Numbered from the stretch's first letter, positions 52,107 through 62,129 are shown. The stretch: 64,000 bases of DNA from Nitrospirota bacterium (GCA_963737155.1 CAVTRN010000001.1:736001-800000), one strand, 5' to 3'. Notes: generated from the sequence alone by a model not told the origin. Translations and numbers: made by a program.

Positions 52107-53851
52107 TCAATCAGTTAACGTGACCGACGAAGTCCGCCGCTCGGCGACTTTGGTCAGTTCATTCGCGATGTTCGGGCTTTCAAGCCGCATGAGGCTTTCT
52201 TCCACGACGCCGTAACTCAAGAGATTTATGCTGCCGTACCAGACGATCTTCTGGTCGATCACGGCGAATTTCTGGTGGATCTTCGAACGAAACACGACGC
52301 ACACGCCGGAGCTGTCCAACGTCTTCAGGGTTTCGCGCAACGCGGCCCCGTCTTTTTCCTTGAAATCCTCCGGCGGTCTGGTCACGACAATCGTTTTGAC
52401 TTCGTTTTTTACAGCAGTTTCGCGAAGGCCGTTGTGCCGCAGAGCACCCCTATGTCATGGTTGAGCAGTTTTTCGAGGGCAGCGTTCTGGTCGTCCCGTA
52501 GAACACCTTTGAATTCGACGTCGATCTTCCTGCCGTGATTAGTTTTGTCCACCCAGGCGACACCCACCCCGTGTTCGGTCATCAGCTCGTTCAGTTCCTT
52601 CCGGCATCCCCTCGGCAGACAGAGATATTCGGAAGTCTCTTCAGCGCAGCAGATGATTCTCGGTTTGCCGTAAGTCGGGAAGCGCATCGCCTGTGTTCTA
52701 TAGAACTCAGGGTTACTGAAGGCAGCCAGACGTTTGATTCGGTTCAAGCACCTCTGCGATATGCCGGCTTTGGGGACATACAGCATATTCGCGTTGACAA
52801 GCTCGAGCGCCTCCGGGAAATCCGACGGCAGCAATTTGACCGCCGCTGTTTCCCAGGGTTTATGCGGTTCTTCTTCAACGAGCTTCAAGACGCCGAGTTC
52901 ATTTCCTCGGCAAAGTGTTGCCGTGAGCGAAACAAGGTCTTTTTCGGTCAGTTTTCGGATAGCAACCAAGTACGACCATTGATCGGGATAGGAATTAAAA
53001 TCTTCGTCGATAAATTCGCTGTTTCGGGCGTTCCTCGCTTCTTTTTGCAGAGGGAGCGCAATCAGGTTTCCCAAGCCGCCCGCAGGCATCGTGTCCTGAT
53101 TGGGGAACAATCTATCATAGGATTTAAAGGTGAGCTCGTGCCGCGCGCTCATGGTCCGGGTGAGTAAGGCCGTGCCGAATTTTCTGGCAACCACGGCGGA
53201 CAGCGGCTCTTCAAAGAAGACCCAGGCATGGGCGCCGTTGCCTGAGCGGGAGCGTTCGACTGCAAGCGGTATCTCATGTTCAGACGCCATTTCTCGTAGG
53301 GCCGCGATGTCTTTGCGCCATTCCTCTTCGTCCAGATCGATGGCCAGAAACCGGCATGTCTCATCGGGAAGCATCGGGTAGACGCCGGCGACAATGTTCC
53401 CGCGCAGATGTTCTTCTACGACTTTTTCATTAAAAGGGACATACGCTGTATGGCCGCATGCTGAGCACTTGACCTGCGGTTTAGCGCAAAGCCCGCGTTC
53501 CCATTCGTTTATACAATACGGCGAATAACCGGAGGTCCCCTTCTTCCTGTTTTCCCACCGTCTGGCGTAAACGTCGTCCCGACCCTTGAAGAGCGACAGA
53601 AAAAGCCTGATTTTGTCGCCTACGTCCGATCTGCCGTTGACCAGCGACGGTAAAAAGGGTTTCCGTGTCCGGTCACCGAGGGTCGCTTCCGCTCCCTGTG
53701 TATTTTGCGAAATCTGATCCGGAGCAGGCAAGGGCTCGTCACGCAATCGGGCTTGTAACTCCCTGATTTCTTCCCGTAACCTCACGTTTTCGGCGAGCAG
53801 GTCCTGATACTGTTCGCGCAGCTCTCGTGCGGAGGAGTCTTTATCTGTCAT
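52107..53851 (-). pseudogene. AEP (TOTE-type) primase / SF2 helicase / PLD-nuclease fusion with the helicase core deleted
   Basis: Primase motifs (C..EW....C.K....C..C, GVYP...FLAIDLD, ERSRSGNGAH, DRLFPNQD, GNLIALPLQ). The frame stops at a broken Walker A (CGTTAFAK), then another frame gives the PLD motif IHQKFAVID...YGSIN. Confidence 0.8.
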
Positions 53852-54006
53852 GAGTCTACCTCATTAACCTCATTGCGCATAGTACGCATATTATCTTAAA
53901 GCGGTCATGAAAATAAAGTTATTCTTTTGACTCCCACCTGCAAACCGGCTATAATTATTACCAGATTAGGCCTTTGTCGGCAATAACTACGACCACTACC
54001 GATCCT

Positions 54007-55320
54007 ATGCTAGAGACTATAAAAACTATCCTTTTGGATTTCCAGGAAATCAAACTTGAAACCGGAGTTTCCCGGCGCTTGCGCCTCGAGACGGTGCACG
54101 GCAAAGCCTCGGTCTGTATCGGGGTCCGTCGCAGCGGAAAGTCAACATACCTGTTCCAGGTTATTGAGCGGCTTCTCGAAGGCGGCGTATCGCGTGACAA
54201 CATCCTGTATCTGAATTTCTTTGACGACCGTCTGCACAATCTGCGTCATGACAGCCTGGGGCAGATACTTGAGGCATATTATTCTCTCTTCCCGGAGAAG
54301 AAAAACTCAGAAACAGTCTATTGCTTCTTCGATGAGATTCAAGCGATCCCAGGTTGGGAGCCTTTCATAGATCGTCTTATGCGTACTGAAAAATGCGAAG
54401 TATATCTCACAGGGTCATCGGCGCATATGCTTTCGAAGGAACTCGCAACGCAGATGCGCGGCAGGGCGCTGTCATGGGAGATGTTTCCGTTTTCATTTCA
54501 GGAATTCCTCGACTGGAAAGGGCATGCAAGTGCCGGCCCTCGCTCCACAAAGAAGAGGCTTATCATTAAGAAAGACTTTGCGGAATTCTGGGATACCGGC
54601 GGCTTTCCCGAGGTGCTCGGTCTGAGCAGAAATCTGAGGATCAGGACCCATCAGGAATACTTTCACGCCATCCTGTTTCGGGATTTGGTCGAACGCCACG
54701 ATGTTTCCCATCCGAAAGCGGTGACCGACCTGGCTCATTTCCTCGTGGACAACACGGCAGCTCTCTATTCAGTGAACAGCCTCACCGGGTATCTGAAATC
54801 ACTTGGGCACAAGGCACCCAAATCCGCAGTATCGGATTATCTGGAATGGTTCGAAGATGCCTACTTTCTATTTACCGTGCGTATTTTTGATGCATCCCTG
54901 GCGCGCAGCAATACTAACCCAAAGAAGATCTACTGCATCGATCATGCGTTAGTCGCGTCGGTATCGTCAGGGATTCTGGTCAATTCAGGACATCTTCTGG
55001 AGAATCTAGTCTTTACTGCGCTTCGGCGATACCACCCGGAAATCTACTATTACAAGACCAAGACCGGACGAGAAGTGGATTTTATTGTGCCGACACGAGA
55101 ACGCGAGCGTATGTTGGTCCAGGTGTGTGAGTCCCTAGCCGAACCGAAAACGAAGCAACGGGAGACAACGGCCCTCACAGAGGCGATGATTGAGCAGAAA
55201 ATAAAATCTGGTACTATCGTAACCAGGAATGAAGAGGAGCGGATTGAAACCGGACACGGGGCTATTGATGTTGTTCCGGTATGGCGTTTCCTTCTCAACA
55301 TGTCAGAAGTGGCAGAGTAG
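54007..55320 (+). CDS. AAA_14 ATPase with DUF4143 / PD-(D/E)XK-like C-terminus
   Basis: GVRRSGKST, FFDEIQ, LTGSS, GGFPE, PKKIYCID, LLEN and EVDF...LVQV motifs. Confidence 0.88.
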   Translation: MLETIKTILLDFQEIKLETGVSRRLRLETVHGKASVCIGVRRSGKSTYLFQVIERLLEGGVSRDNILYLNFFDDRLHNLRHDSLGQILEAYYSLFPEKKNSETVYCFFDEIQAIPGWEPFIDRLMRTEKCEVYLTGSSAHMLSKELATQMRGRALSWEMFPFSFQEFLDWKGHASAGPRSTKKRLIIKKDFAEFWDTGGFPEVLGLSRNLRIRTHQEYFHAILFRDLVERHDVSHPKAVTDLAHFLVDNTAALYSVNSLTGYLKSLGHKAPKSAVSDYLEWFEDAYFLFTVRIFDASLARSNTNPKKIYCIDHALVASVSSGILVNSGHLLENLVFTALRRYHPEIYYYKTKTGREVDFIVPTRERERMLVQVCESLAEPKTKQRETTALTEAMIEQKIKSGTIVTRNEEERIETGHGAIDVVPVWRFLLNMSEVAE

Positions 55321-55379
55321 CCGGCTGTCACCCCGGTTCAAAACGTAAAAGGAGGTCACCATTCGCAACTACAAGTACA

Positions 55380-55608
55380 AAGATCGCCGAAGATCATTAA
55401 ACTTCGCAAGCTGACACAGACTCAGGCCTCATCGCTGCTCAAGATGACTCAGCCCAAACTGTCCAATATGCTGCATGGACGGTTCCGGGACATCTCGGCA
55501 ACAAAGATGCTTGAGTGCATGACCCTCCTGGGCCGCGACGTACAGATCGTTGTAAAACCGGCTTCTCGTTCGCGCAAGACAGGCCACGTTTCGGTACTCT
55601 TCGCCTGA
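55380..55608 (+). pseudogene. 5'-truncated XRE/HTH antitoxin copy
   Basis: Reads IIKLRKLTQTQASSLLKMTQPKLSNMLHGRFRDIS...GHVSVLFA*, nearly identical to the minus-strand antitoxin at 59125; no start codon. Confidence 0.85.
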
Positions 55609-55636
55609 TTAAATGCTACTGAAGATGATTGACAAC

Positions 55637-55753
55637 TCACTTCAAGGTCCATGTCGTACCGATGCGGGCCAGAACCCCCAATTTCCAGAGCGCGGCGAGA
55701 AGGCCACCAATCAAGGTAACATAACCAAGAAGATAAATACCCGTTCATTTCAT
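55637..55753 (-). pseudogene. Small membrane protein remnant
   Basis: MK*TGIYLLGYVTLIGGLLAALWKLGVLARIGTTWTLK*: hydrophobic, with a TGA at codon 3. Confidence 0.45.
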
Positions 55754-55940
55754 GACAACCCCCCGAGCTTACCTTTCCTTTTTTTCCGTGAAATTCTGCT
55801 CACGTAGGCGCAGTGCACACCGAGATGACCGGCGATCGAACATTGAGCGTATCTGTGCTTCTCAATAACCTCGGCTATCTTCCTGTCCCGCTGCTTTTGT
55901 CGTGAGTATACTCTTAGTGAATATTTTTCAAGCTAAGGAC
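55750..55940 (-). pseudogene. C-terminal HTH remnant, resembling tails of REP-associated/IS200-like tyrosine transposases
   Basis: QKQRDRKIAEVIEKHRYAQCSIAGHLGVHCAYVSRI; no intact upstream frame. Confidence 0.45.
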
Positions 55941-56491
55941 AGTTGGGTGTCAAATGGTGATAAGATGGGTAGGTGATTGAAAAATACAACTTCAAACTTG
56001 CACATGGGATCATCTAGCTAAAAGTGCAATGTACAGGATATTGTTGCGTTTTTGTTATGGTTCAAAAAAATAATGACTACAATTAGAACTGAGTTCAAAG
56101 ATGCACGTTAACGTATGTAATCTGCACATGCATAAGTGTGTGACCAATTCTTTCGAAAATGCGACGGATCAGTCTGTTTAACAATCGTGAAGTTAAAATA
56201 ACCTTATTTTATTGAAATTTGTTCTTATGTAAGTATGCAAGGCATGACGAATTGCGCTTCGATACAAGACAATTAGGTGTCGTGATTTATCGGCTATTCA
56301 GAAGAGTGTCCTCTATTGAGCCCTGATGAAAGGAACCTTTCTCAAAACGGCACGGTGTTTAGAGAGATCCACAATCTGTGTGACACTGTTTCTACCCGAT
56401 TTAATTTTTCCCTTGTTTCAATCACCCACTTTAGGCTATATTTCGGTCATCATTGTTACTTGCAGAACCCTCGACAAAAGGAAACAATCCC

Positions 56492-58963
56492 ATGACATTG
56501 ATAAAAAGCAGCGCTTCCAAAAAGAAATTAAAACCTCTTAAACTGAAAGTCTCCCGCACTCATAAGCCCGAGGACCTTTCGCTCGAAGACTGGCAGCGCG
56601 CCCTCAGAAAACAGTTCGGCGAACAACAGAAGTTCATCCTCCGAAACAACGGAGAGCATCCGATCTTTTCCGAGTTCTCGCTCACCAACCCGGCCACGGG
56701 TAAAACTTACAAACTCGCCATTCGCGGGCGTGACGCGGGCGACAACTACTGCTCCTGTCCGGATTTCAGCGTCAACAACCTTGGCACCTGTAAACACATC
56801 GAATTTACTCTTGCTAAACTGGAAAAGAAACCAGGTGCGAAAAAGGCGTTCAAGGAGGGCTATGCCCTGCCCTATTCCGAGACGTTTCTGCACTACGGGC
56901 TGAAGAGGGAAATACGGTTCAAGCCCGCCGCTGACGCTCCCGCTGTGCTGCGCACCCTCGCACGCAAGTTTTTCGACGCACAGGGGAGCTTGAAGCCTGA
57001 GCGTATCCTGGATTTTCCTGATTTTCTTGACGCATCACGGCGCATAGGTAATCACGAACTGCGCTGCTACGACGACGTTATGGCTTTTGTCGCGGAACAT
57101 CAAGACAAGGAACATCGGGCTGGTGTCATAGCGTCGAAGCTGAAACAGGGGATAGGGAGCCCGGAGTTTCACAAGCTTCTGAAAACCGAACTGTACCCCT
57201 ACCAGAAGGAAGGCGCGCTGTTCGCGGTCCGTGCGGGTCGCTGTTTGATTGGCGATGACATGGGCCTCGGCAAAACCATTCAGGCTTTGGCAGCTTCGGA
57301 GTTGCTGCACCGGCTATTCAATATCAGGAAGGTACTTATCGTCACCCCCACTACGCTCAAACATCAATGGCATGCCGAGATCGAGAAGTTTACCGATAAG
57401 AGCGTTTGCGTGGTTGAGGGTATGAACACGGAGCGGGTACGACTGTATCGGGCAGAATCATTTTACAAAGTCATAAACTATGAGGTTGTGTTCCGCGACG
57501 CGGACTTGATCGAGGCGTGGTCCCCAGATCTCATCATCCTCGACGAGGCGCAGCGAATCAAGAATTGGAATACCCGAACAGCGAAATCGGTCAAGCGGCT
57601 CGAATCAATTTTTACCGTGGTACTGACCGGAACACCGCTTGAAAACAAGATTGAGGAACTGCATTCGATCATGGAATTTATCGACCGGCTCCATCTGGGT
57701 CCTCTCTATCGTTTCGTCCACAATCACCGCATTGTCGACAACGTCGGCAAAGTGACCGGCTACCGTCATCTCCAGACCATCCGCGAGTCGCTCATGGGCG
57801 TTATGATCAGGCGGACGAAGAACGAGGTGCTCCGGCAGCTCCCGGAGCGCACGGACAAGAACTTCTTCGTGCCCTTGACCCGGGAACAATTCGTGATCCA
57901 CGACGAATATCGCGAGATAGTGGCCAGGCTCGTGGCCAAATGGAGGCGCTATAGATTCCTGTGCGATGCGGACCAGAAACGGCTCATGATCGCGCTCAAC
58001 CTTATGCGTATGGTTTCCGACAACACATATCTGGTGGACAAAAAGACAATACACGGACCCAAGATCGAAGAGCTGGAAATCATTCTCCAGGAGCTTGTGC
58101 TGGAGGGCGACGAAAAAGTCGTCATTTTCACCCAATGGCTTAGAATGGCCGAACTCGTTGAGGAAAGATTAAAGAGAAACAATATAGGATACACCCACTT
58201 GCACGGCGGCGTCCCCTCCAAGGGGCGGCGCGATTTGATTGCAAAATTTAGGGAGGACCCGAAATGCAGCGTCTTCCTCTCGACCGACGCCGGCGGGGTG
58301 GGGCTCAATCTTCAAAGCGGTTCTGTCGTGATCAACATGGACATCCCCTGGAATCCGGCAGTTCTTGAACAGCGAATCGGCAGAGTCCATCGGATGGGCC
58401 AAAAGAAGCGGGTCCGCGTGATCAACTTTGTGACCGCAGGTTCTATCGAAGAGCGCATCCTCGAATTGCTTAAGTTCAAGAAATCAGTATTCGCAGGCGC
58501 GCTCGATAAGAACGGCCAGGATATGGTCATGGTCGGCGAATCACAGCTTAATAAACTTATGAAGACTGTGGAAACGATGGCGGGAAATATCGCGCAGCCT
58601 GACCCAGCCATGGAACGGCAGAGACAAAAAGAAGATGATCTCGCGGAAAAGCTGGAGATAAGCGATGCGGTAAAGGAAAAAACTGGATCAGAGGATTCCG
58701 ACAATGGTCGCGGAGACAGGCCCGATTCACTGAGCGACCTGCTTCAGAGCGGCGCCCGGTTCCTGATGAGCCTCGGAGATCTGATGGCGAAGCCTGGAGA
58801 GCCGGTGGAGAAACGCCTCCAAACCCTGATCAGCCGGGACGATGCTACGGGAACCGCATACCTGAAAATACCTTTACCCGAAACGAAAACGATAAAGATG
58901 GTTTTTGCCGCTCTCGGTGAGCTGCTATCGCAGACTGCGCAGCCCGAAGGAAATAGGGAATGA
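56492..58963 (+). CDS. SWIM zinc finger plus SNF2/SWI2-family helicase
   Basis: YCSCPDF......TCKH (SWIM), DDMGLGKT, LDEAQRIKN, LTGTPLEN, STDAGGVGLNL and QRIGRVHRMGQ motifs. Confidence 0.92.
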   Translation: MTLIKSSASKKKLKPLKLKVSRTHKPEDLSLEDWQRALRKQFGEQQKFILRNNGEHPIFSEFSLTNPATGKTYKLAIRGRDAGDNYCSCPDFSVNNLGTCKHIEFTLAKLEKKPGAKKAFKEGYALPYSETFLHYGLKREIRFKPAADAPAVLRTLARKFFDAQGSLKPERILDFPDFLDASRRIGNHELRCYDDVMAFVAEHQDKEHRAGVIASKLKQGIGSPEFHKLLKTELYPYQKEGALFAVRAGRCLIGDDMGLGKTIQALAASELLHRLFNIRKVLIVTPTTLKHQWHAEIEKFTDKSVCVVEGMNTERVRLYRAESFYKVINYEVVFRDADLIEAWSPDLIILDEAQRIKNWNTRTAKSVKRLESIFTVVLTGTPLENKIEELHSIMEFIDRLHLGPLYRFVHNHRIVDNVGKVTGYRHLQTIRESLMGVMIRRTKNEVLRQLPERTDKNFFVPLTREQFVIHDEYREIVARLVAKWRRYRFLCDADQKRLMIALNLMRMVSDNTYLVDKKTIHGPKIEELEIILQELVLEGDEKVVIFTQWLRMAELVEERLKRNNIGYTHLHGGVPSKGRRDLIAKFREDPKCSVFLSTDAGGVGLNLQSGSVVINMDIPWNPAVLEQRIGRVHRMGQKKRVRVINFVTAGSIEERILELLKFKKSVFAGALDKNGQDMVMVGESQLNKLMKTVETMAGNIAQPDPAMERQRQKEDDLAEKLEISDAVKEKTGSEDSDNGRGDRPDSLSDLLQSGARFLMSLGDLMAKPGEPVEKRLQTLISRDDATGTAYLKIPLPETKTIKMVFAALGELLSQTAQPEGNRE

Positions 58964-59124
58964 CCCATGTGACAACTGCACGGGTGTTAGCTCTATACTT
59001 CATCAACGGCGGTTAGCCTCGAATTAACATGAATAAGTTAACAGCTTGTGTACGTAGCGTATTCACCCATTGCTGAAGTTGATTTACAGACTAATAAGCG
59101 ACTTCATTGCCTTGCTGCAGCAAA

Positions 59125-59451
59125 TCAAGCGAAGAGTACCGACACATGGCCTGTCTTACGCGAACGGGAAACCGGCTCGACGACGATCTGCACGTAGCGG
59201 CCCAGGAGGGTCATGCATTCAAGCATCTTGGCTTCCGAAATACCGCGAAAGTGGCCGTGCATCATGTTGGATAGCTTGGGCTGAGTCATCACGAGCAGCG
59301 ATGAGGCCTGCGTCTGTGTAAGTTTACGCAGTTTAATGATCTCAGCAATCTTCGCGGCAAGCTGGGTCTCAACCAGCATCTCGTCTGCATCCACCATGCC
59401 GAGATCGGCATACATATTCATGCTTCCTTTTTAAATCTTGCTCATGGTCAT
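59125..59451 (-). pseudogene. XRE/HTH (HigA-like) antitoxin with an early nonsense codon
   Basis: ATG overlapping the toxin stop reads MTMSKI*KGSMNMYADLG... (TAA at 59431-33); a downstream ATG leaves a 98-aa ORF. Confidence 0.75.
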
Positions 59452-59788
59452 ACTCCTTCCGAAAGCTGGCGGGCCAATTTCAGCCGCGCTTCGGTCATTT
59501 CCTTATTTTGTTTTGACGTCTCAACACCTTTGCGCGATTTTTTCTGGAAACAATGCTGCACATAGACGCCGTTGCTGAATCTGACGGTATACACAGCGCG
59601 ATAAGTGCTGCCGTCGTAATCCTCCGCTACCTCAAGCACTCCGGCTGACTCGAACCCTTTGAGCGTCTTGGCCAGCTGATGCTTTTGACCACCCTGCGCC
59701 AAATATAACGCATAGCCGACGACATCGACCACGCCGGCATTTTCAGAAGATCCTTTTTTGCTGATCCTACCCAGAACAAAGGCTTCAA
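59448..59788 (-). pseudogene. RelE/ParE-superfamily (Gp49/DUF891-like) toxin, frameshifted
   Basis: KPLFWVGSAKKDLLKMPA lies in one frame and VVDVVGYALYLAQ...YRAVYTVRF...HCFQKKS in another; shift near 59733. Confidence 0.82.
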
Positions 59789-60019
59789 ATCGTCTGCTCT
59801 CCTAGCAGAGTTATACCTAAATGGATATAAAAAGCAAGTCAAATTACAGTCATCATGCTATATAAATAGTGTTTGTGAAGATATTGATGTAGAATTTAGT
59901 CGTTTTAGCTGAATTAACATCATTTTTCATGCTCTGGAGATAATATAGCTTATTGTTGGTATTTTTTCTTGATAGGGGTCATTAAAAAGCCGAAATGGTA
60001 CCGAAACGAGTTTTGCTGA

Positions 60020-60088
60020 GAGTCTCGCTCGGGGAGCCATACCAATACGAAAAGGTCAATTTCTAAGGAAATTGGCCTATTTTTACTT
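60020..60088 (+). repeat. attR-like copy of the tRNA-Asn 3' end plus terminator
   Basis: GAGTCTCGCTCGGGGAGCCATACCAATACGAAAAGGTCAATTTCTAAGGAAATTGGCCTATTTTTACTT. Confidence 0.85.
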
Positions 60089-60154
60089 CGCCCTTGTCTG
60101 TCCCGCTTTGCTGTATGTATCTTCGAAGTTGATTCTGATTAAATATTACACTTC

Positions 60155-60586
60155 TTGTTCCATAATACCAATAAATATGACCTCTTCGAGGAGCAGGCGT
60201 TAGTGCAAGAGGAACAAGCATGCTTAGCTGATAAGAAAGCTCGGGAGCGGAGCAGAGAGCGCGAAGCAGAGCGGCGGGTCGAACATGATCGCGCATATAT
60301 AGATCTATTCGCTAAACGAATTCGCGAACTATTTCCCTTTTGTCCTCCAGAAAGAGAAGTAATTGCGGAACACGCATGCCTTAAATACAGCGGCCGTATC
60401 GGTCGTACGGCGTCCGCAAAGGATCTGGAGGAAAAGGCCGTTCTGTTAGCCGTAATCGCTCATATCAGAAATACTGAGACGTCATACGACAGACTTTTAG
60501 CGATGAGGTATGATAGGCGGGAAGCGCGGAGTCGTGTCGAAGGTAGAGTAGATGAAATCATTGCTACCTGGAGCCGTCGTAAATAA
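60155..60586 (+). pseudogene. DUF2293-like protein, probably N-terminally truncated
   Basis: LFPFCP...IAEHAC.KYSGRIGRT...AV.LAV.AHIR..ET.YD.LL motif; weak TTG start, and similarity begins mid-protein. Confidence 0.6.
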
Positions 60587-60606
60587 ATTATGGAGAATAA
60601 GTGACC

Positions 60607-60939
60607 ATGCTAAACAGATCTGTCGCAATAATTCGGTTAAAAGAGCCATTCTTGAAATGGGTAAAGACACTTCCTGATCTTGCAGACGTTTCCAAGGACA
60701 TCATCAATCATGATACTACCGCTTATCTTTTGCCAGCGCTTATTTATGATTCTGAAGAGGCAGAATTACTTCAACAATTTCATGACCTAATTTTTGAAGA
60801 ACAGCTTAATGGATGGTGGAAGGAAAAGAGCGACTGGCCTAAAAAACGTGACATGACAACGTTCAAAAAATGGTTTGATGTAGAATTTCATTCCCTAGTA
60901 ATTGATCTAGTCGAAGCGCCACTTCAAGATGACGAATGA
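60607..60939 (+). CDS. Hypothetical protein (MLNRS...PFL.W...F..WF..EFHS type)
   Basis: Acidic 110-aa ORF with GGAG RBS. Confidence 0.75.
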   Translation: MLNRSVAIIRLKEPFLKWVKTLPDLADVSKDIINHDTTAYLLPALIYDSEEAELLQQFHDLIFEEQLNGWWKEKSDWPKKRDMTTFKKWFDVEFHSLVIDLVEAPLQDDE

Positions 60940-61017
60940 TATATTGATTGAATAGAGGAGACATTTGCGACATACAAAGATTCTGGATGAATTGTGTGAT
61001 ATTTGCTATGTACGTGA

Positions 61018-61356
61018 AATCGCGAGGTCCTTTCTGGTCATACAACAGTAGACAACCATATTCAATGCTTTCACTGCAAAGGTTGCGTCGAATATTTACG
61101 GCCAGGAGAAAAGAATTACAATAAGCGCTTCGATGATAAATATATTGATGCTGTTTTTAAAACCCTTCATGCACCACCAATCAATTATGATATTAATAGA
61201 ACAACGTGGAAACTATCGGATATCCAGTCCGTTTTATCAAAGGAAGGCATTGATATAGGCAAGACCTGCATCAGCAAAATTATAAAAGATGCCGGTTTCG
61301 ATCCGGATGTCGAAATTGATGATGCGCAGAGATCGCTAATATCGAAGCTCATCTAA
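61018..61356 (+). pseudogene. IS630-family transposase N-terminal remnant
   Basis: Start-less open frame ...VFKTLHAPPINYDINRTTWKLSDIQSVLSKEG...ISKIIKDAGF, resembling the IS630 winged-HTH; no DDE domain follows. Confidence 0.55.
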
Positions 61357-61667
61357 TGCTCGAATGAGATGTTAGTATTTCAAATAATGCCGGATAGTAA
61401 GGCGCATACTTTAGTCGAATTGACATTCATTCGCGTTGCGATAATTTTAAAATATAATTAATATTTTTGGGTGCTTGCATATATCTGTGAGAAATTTGAG
61501 ACGGTTTGACTGTCGGCACCATGCCGAGCGCCCTCAGTCGCGGTACATGGCGAGAAGATTCACGCCAAAACAGAGACGTGAAACTTGCTGGAGAGCGACG
61601 TGGGCCGGATAATGAGTTCTAAGGCTGGTTCTTATTCGAGCATCTGGTGAACAGTGAGGAGGATTCG

Positions 61668-62129
61668 ATGATAGCTCTTAAGCCTGGAGTACAAGCTCCT
61701 GACTTTTCTCTTTCAACCACCCCCGATCAGAAAGTATCCCTCTCCGACTTTCGTGGACAGCCCGTAGTCCTCGTCTTCTATCCGGCCGATTGGAGTCCCG
61801 TTTGCAGTGATCAGTTGGCGCTCTATAATGAGTTAAAACCCGAATTCTCCGAGTTCGACGCGCAAATCATCGGCATCTCGGTCGATGGTGTCTGGTGCCA
61901 TCTCGCCTTCAGCAAAGACCGCAAACTGCATATTCCGCTCTTGGCGGACTTTGAACCGAAAGGCGCAGTGGCCCGTCAATACGGTGTTTACCGAGAGAAA
62001 GACGGCGAGTCGGAACGGGCGCTGTTTGTCATCGATGCCGAGGGCATTATTCGTTGGAGTTACGTCTCGCCGGTGGGCATCAATCCGGGTGCCGATGGAA
62101 TATTGAAATCGCTCGAATCAATGACCTAA
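61668..62129 (+). CDS. Redoxin/peroxiredoxin (AhpC/TSA, AhpE-like)
   Basis: APDFSL, FYPADWSPVC, GISVD, LADFEPKG and ERALFVID motifs; GAGGAGG RBS. Confidence 0.9.
   Translation: MIALKPGVQAPDFSLSTTPDQKVSLSDFRGQPVVLVFYPADWSPVCSDQLALYNELKPEFSEFDAQIIGISVDGVWCHLAFSKDRKLHIPLLADFEPKGAVARQYGVYREKDGESERALFVIDAEGIIRWSYVSPVGINPGADGILKSLESMT

Larger units (their letters stand above)
52003..60088. mobile_element. Degenerate genomic island integrated at tRNA-Asn (no integrase retained)
   Basis: 69-bp direct repeat (52003-52071 vs 60020-60088; 58/69 identical by manual alignment) covering the tRNA 3' end and terminator. Cargo is accessory genes and pseudogenes. Confidence 0.8.

Noticed and set aside
58964-59124. 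GTTAGC motifs suggesting an integron attC site
   Set aside because: No complementary RYYYAAC/GTTRRRY-bounded hairpin and no integron integrase.
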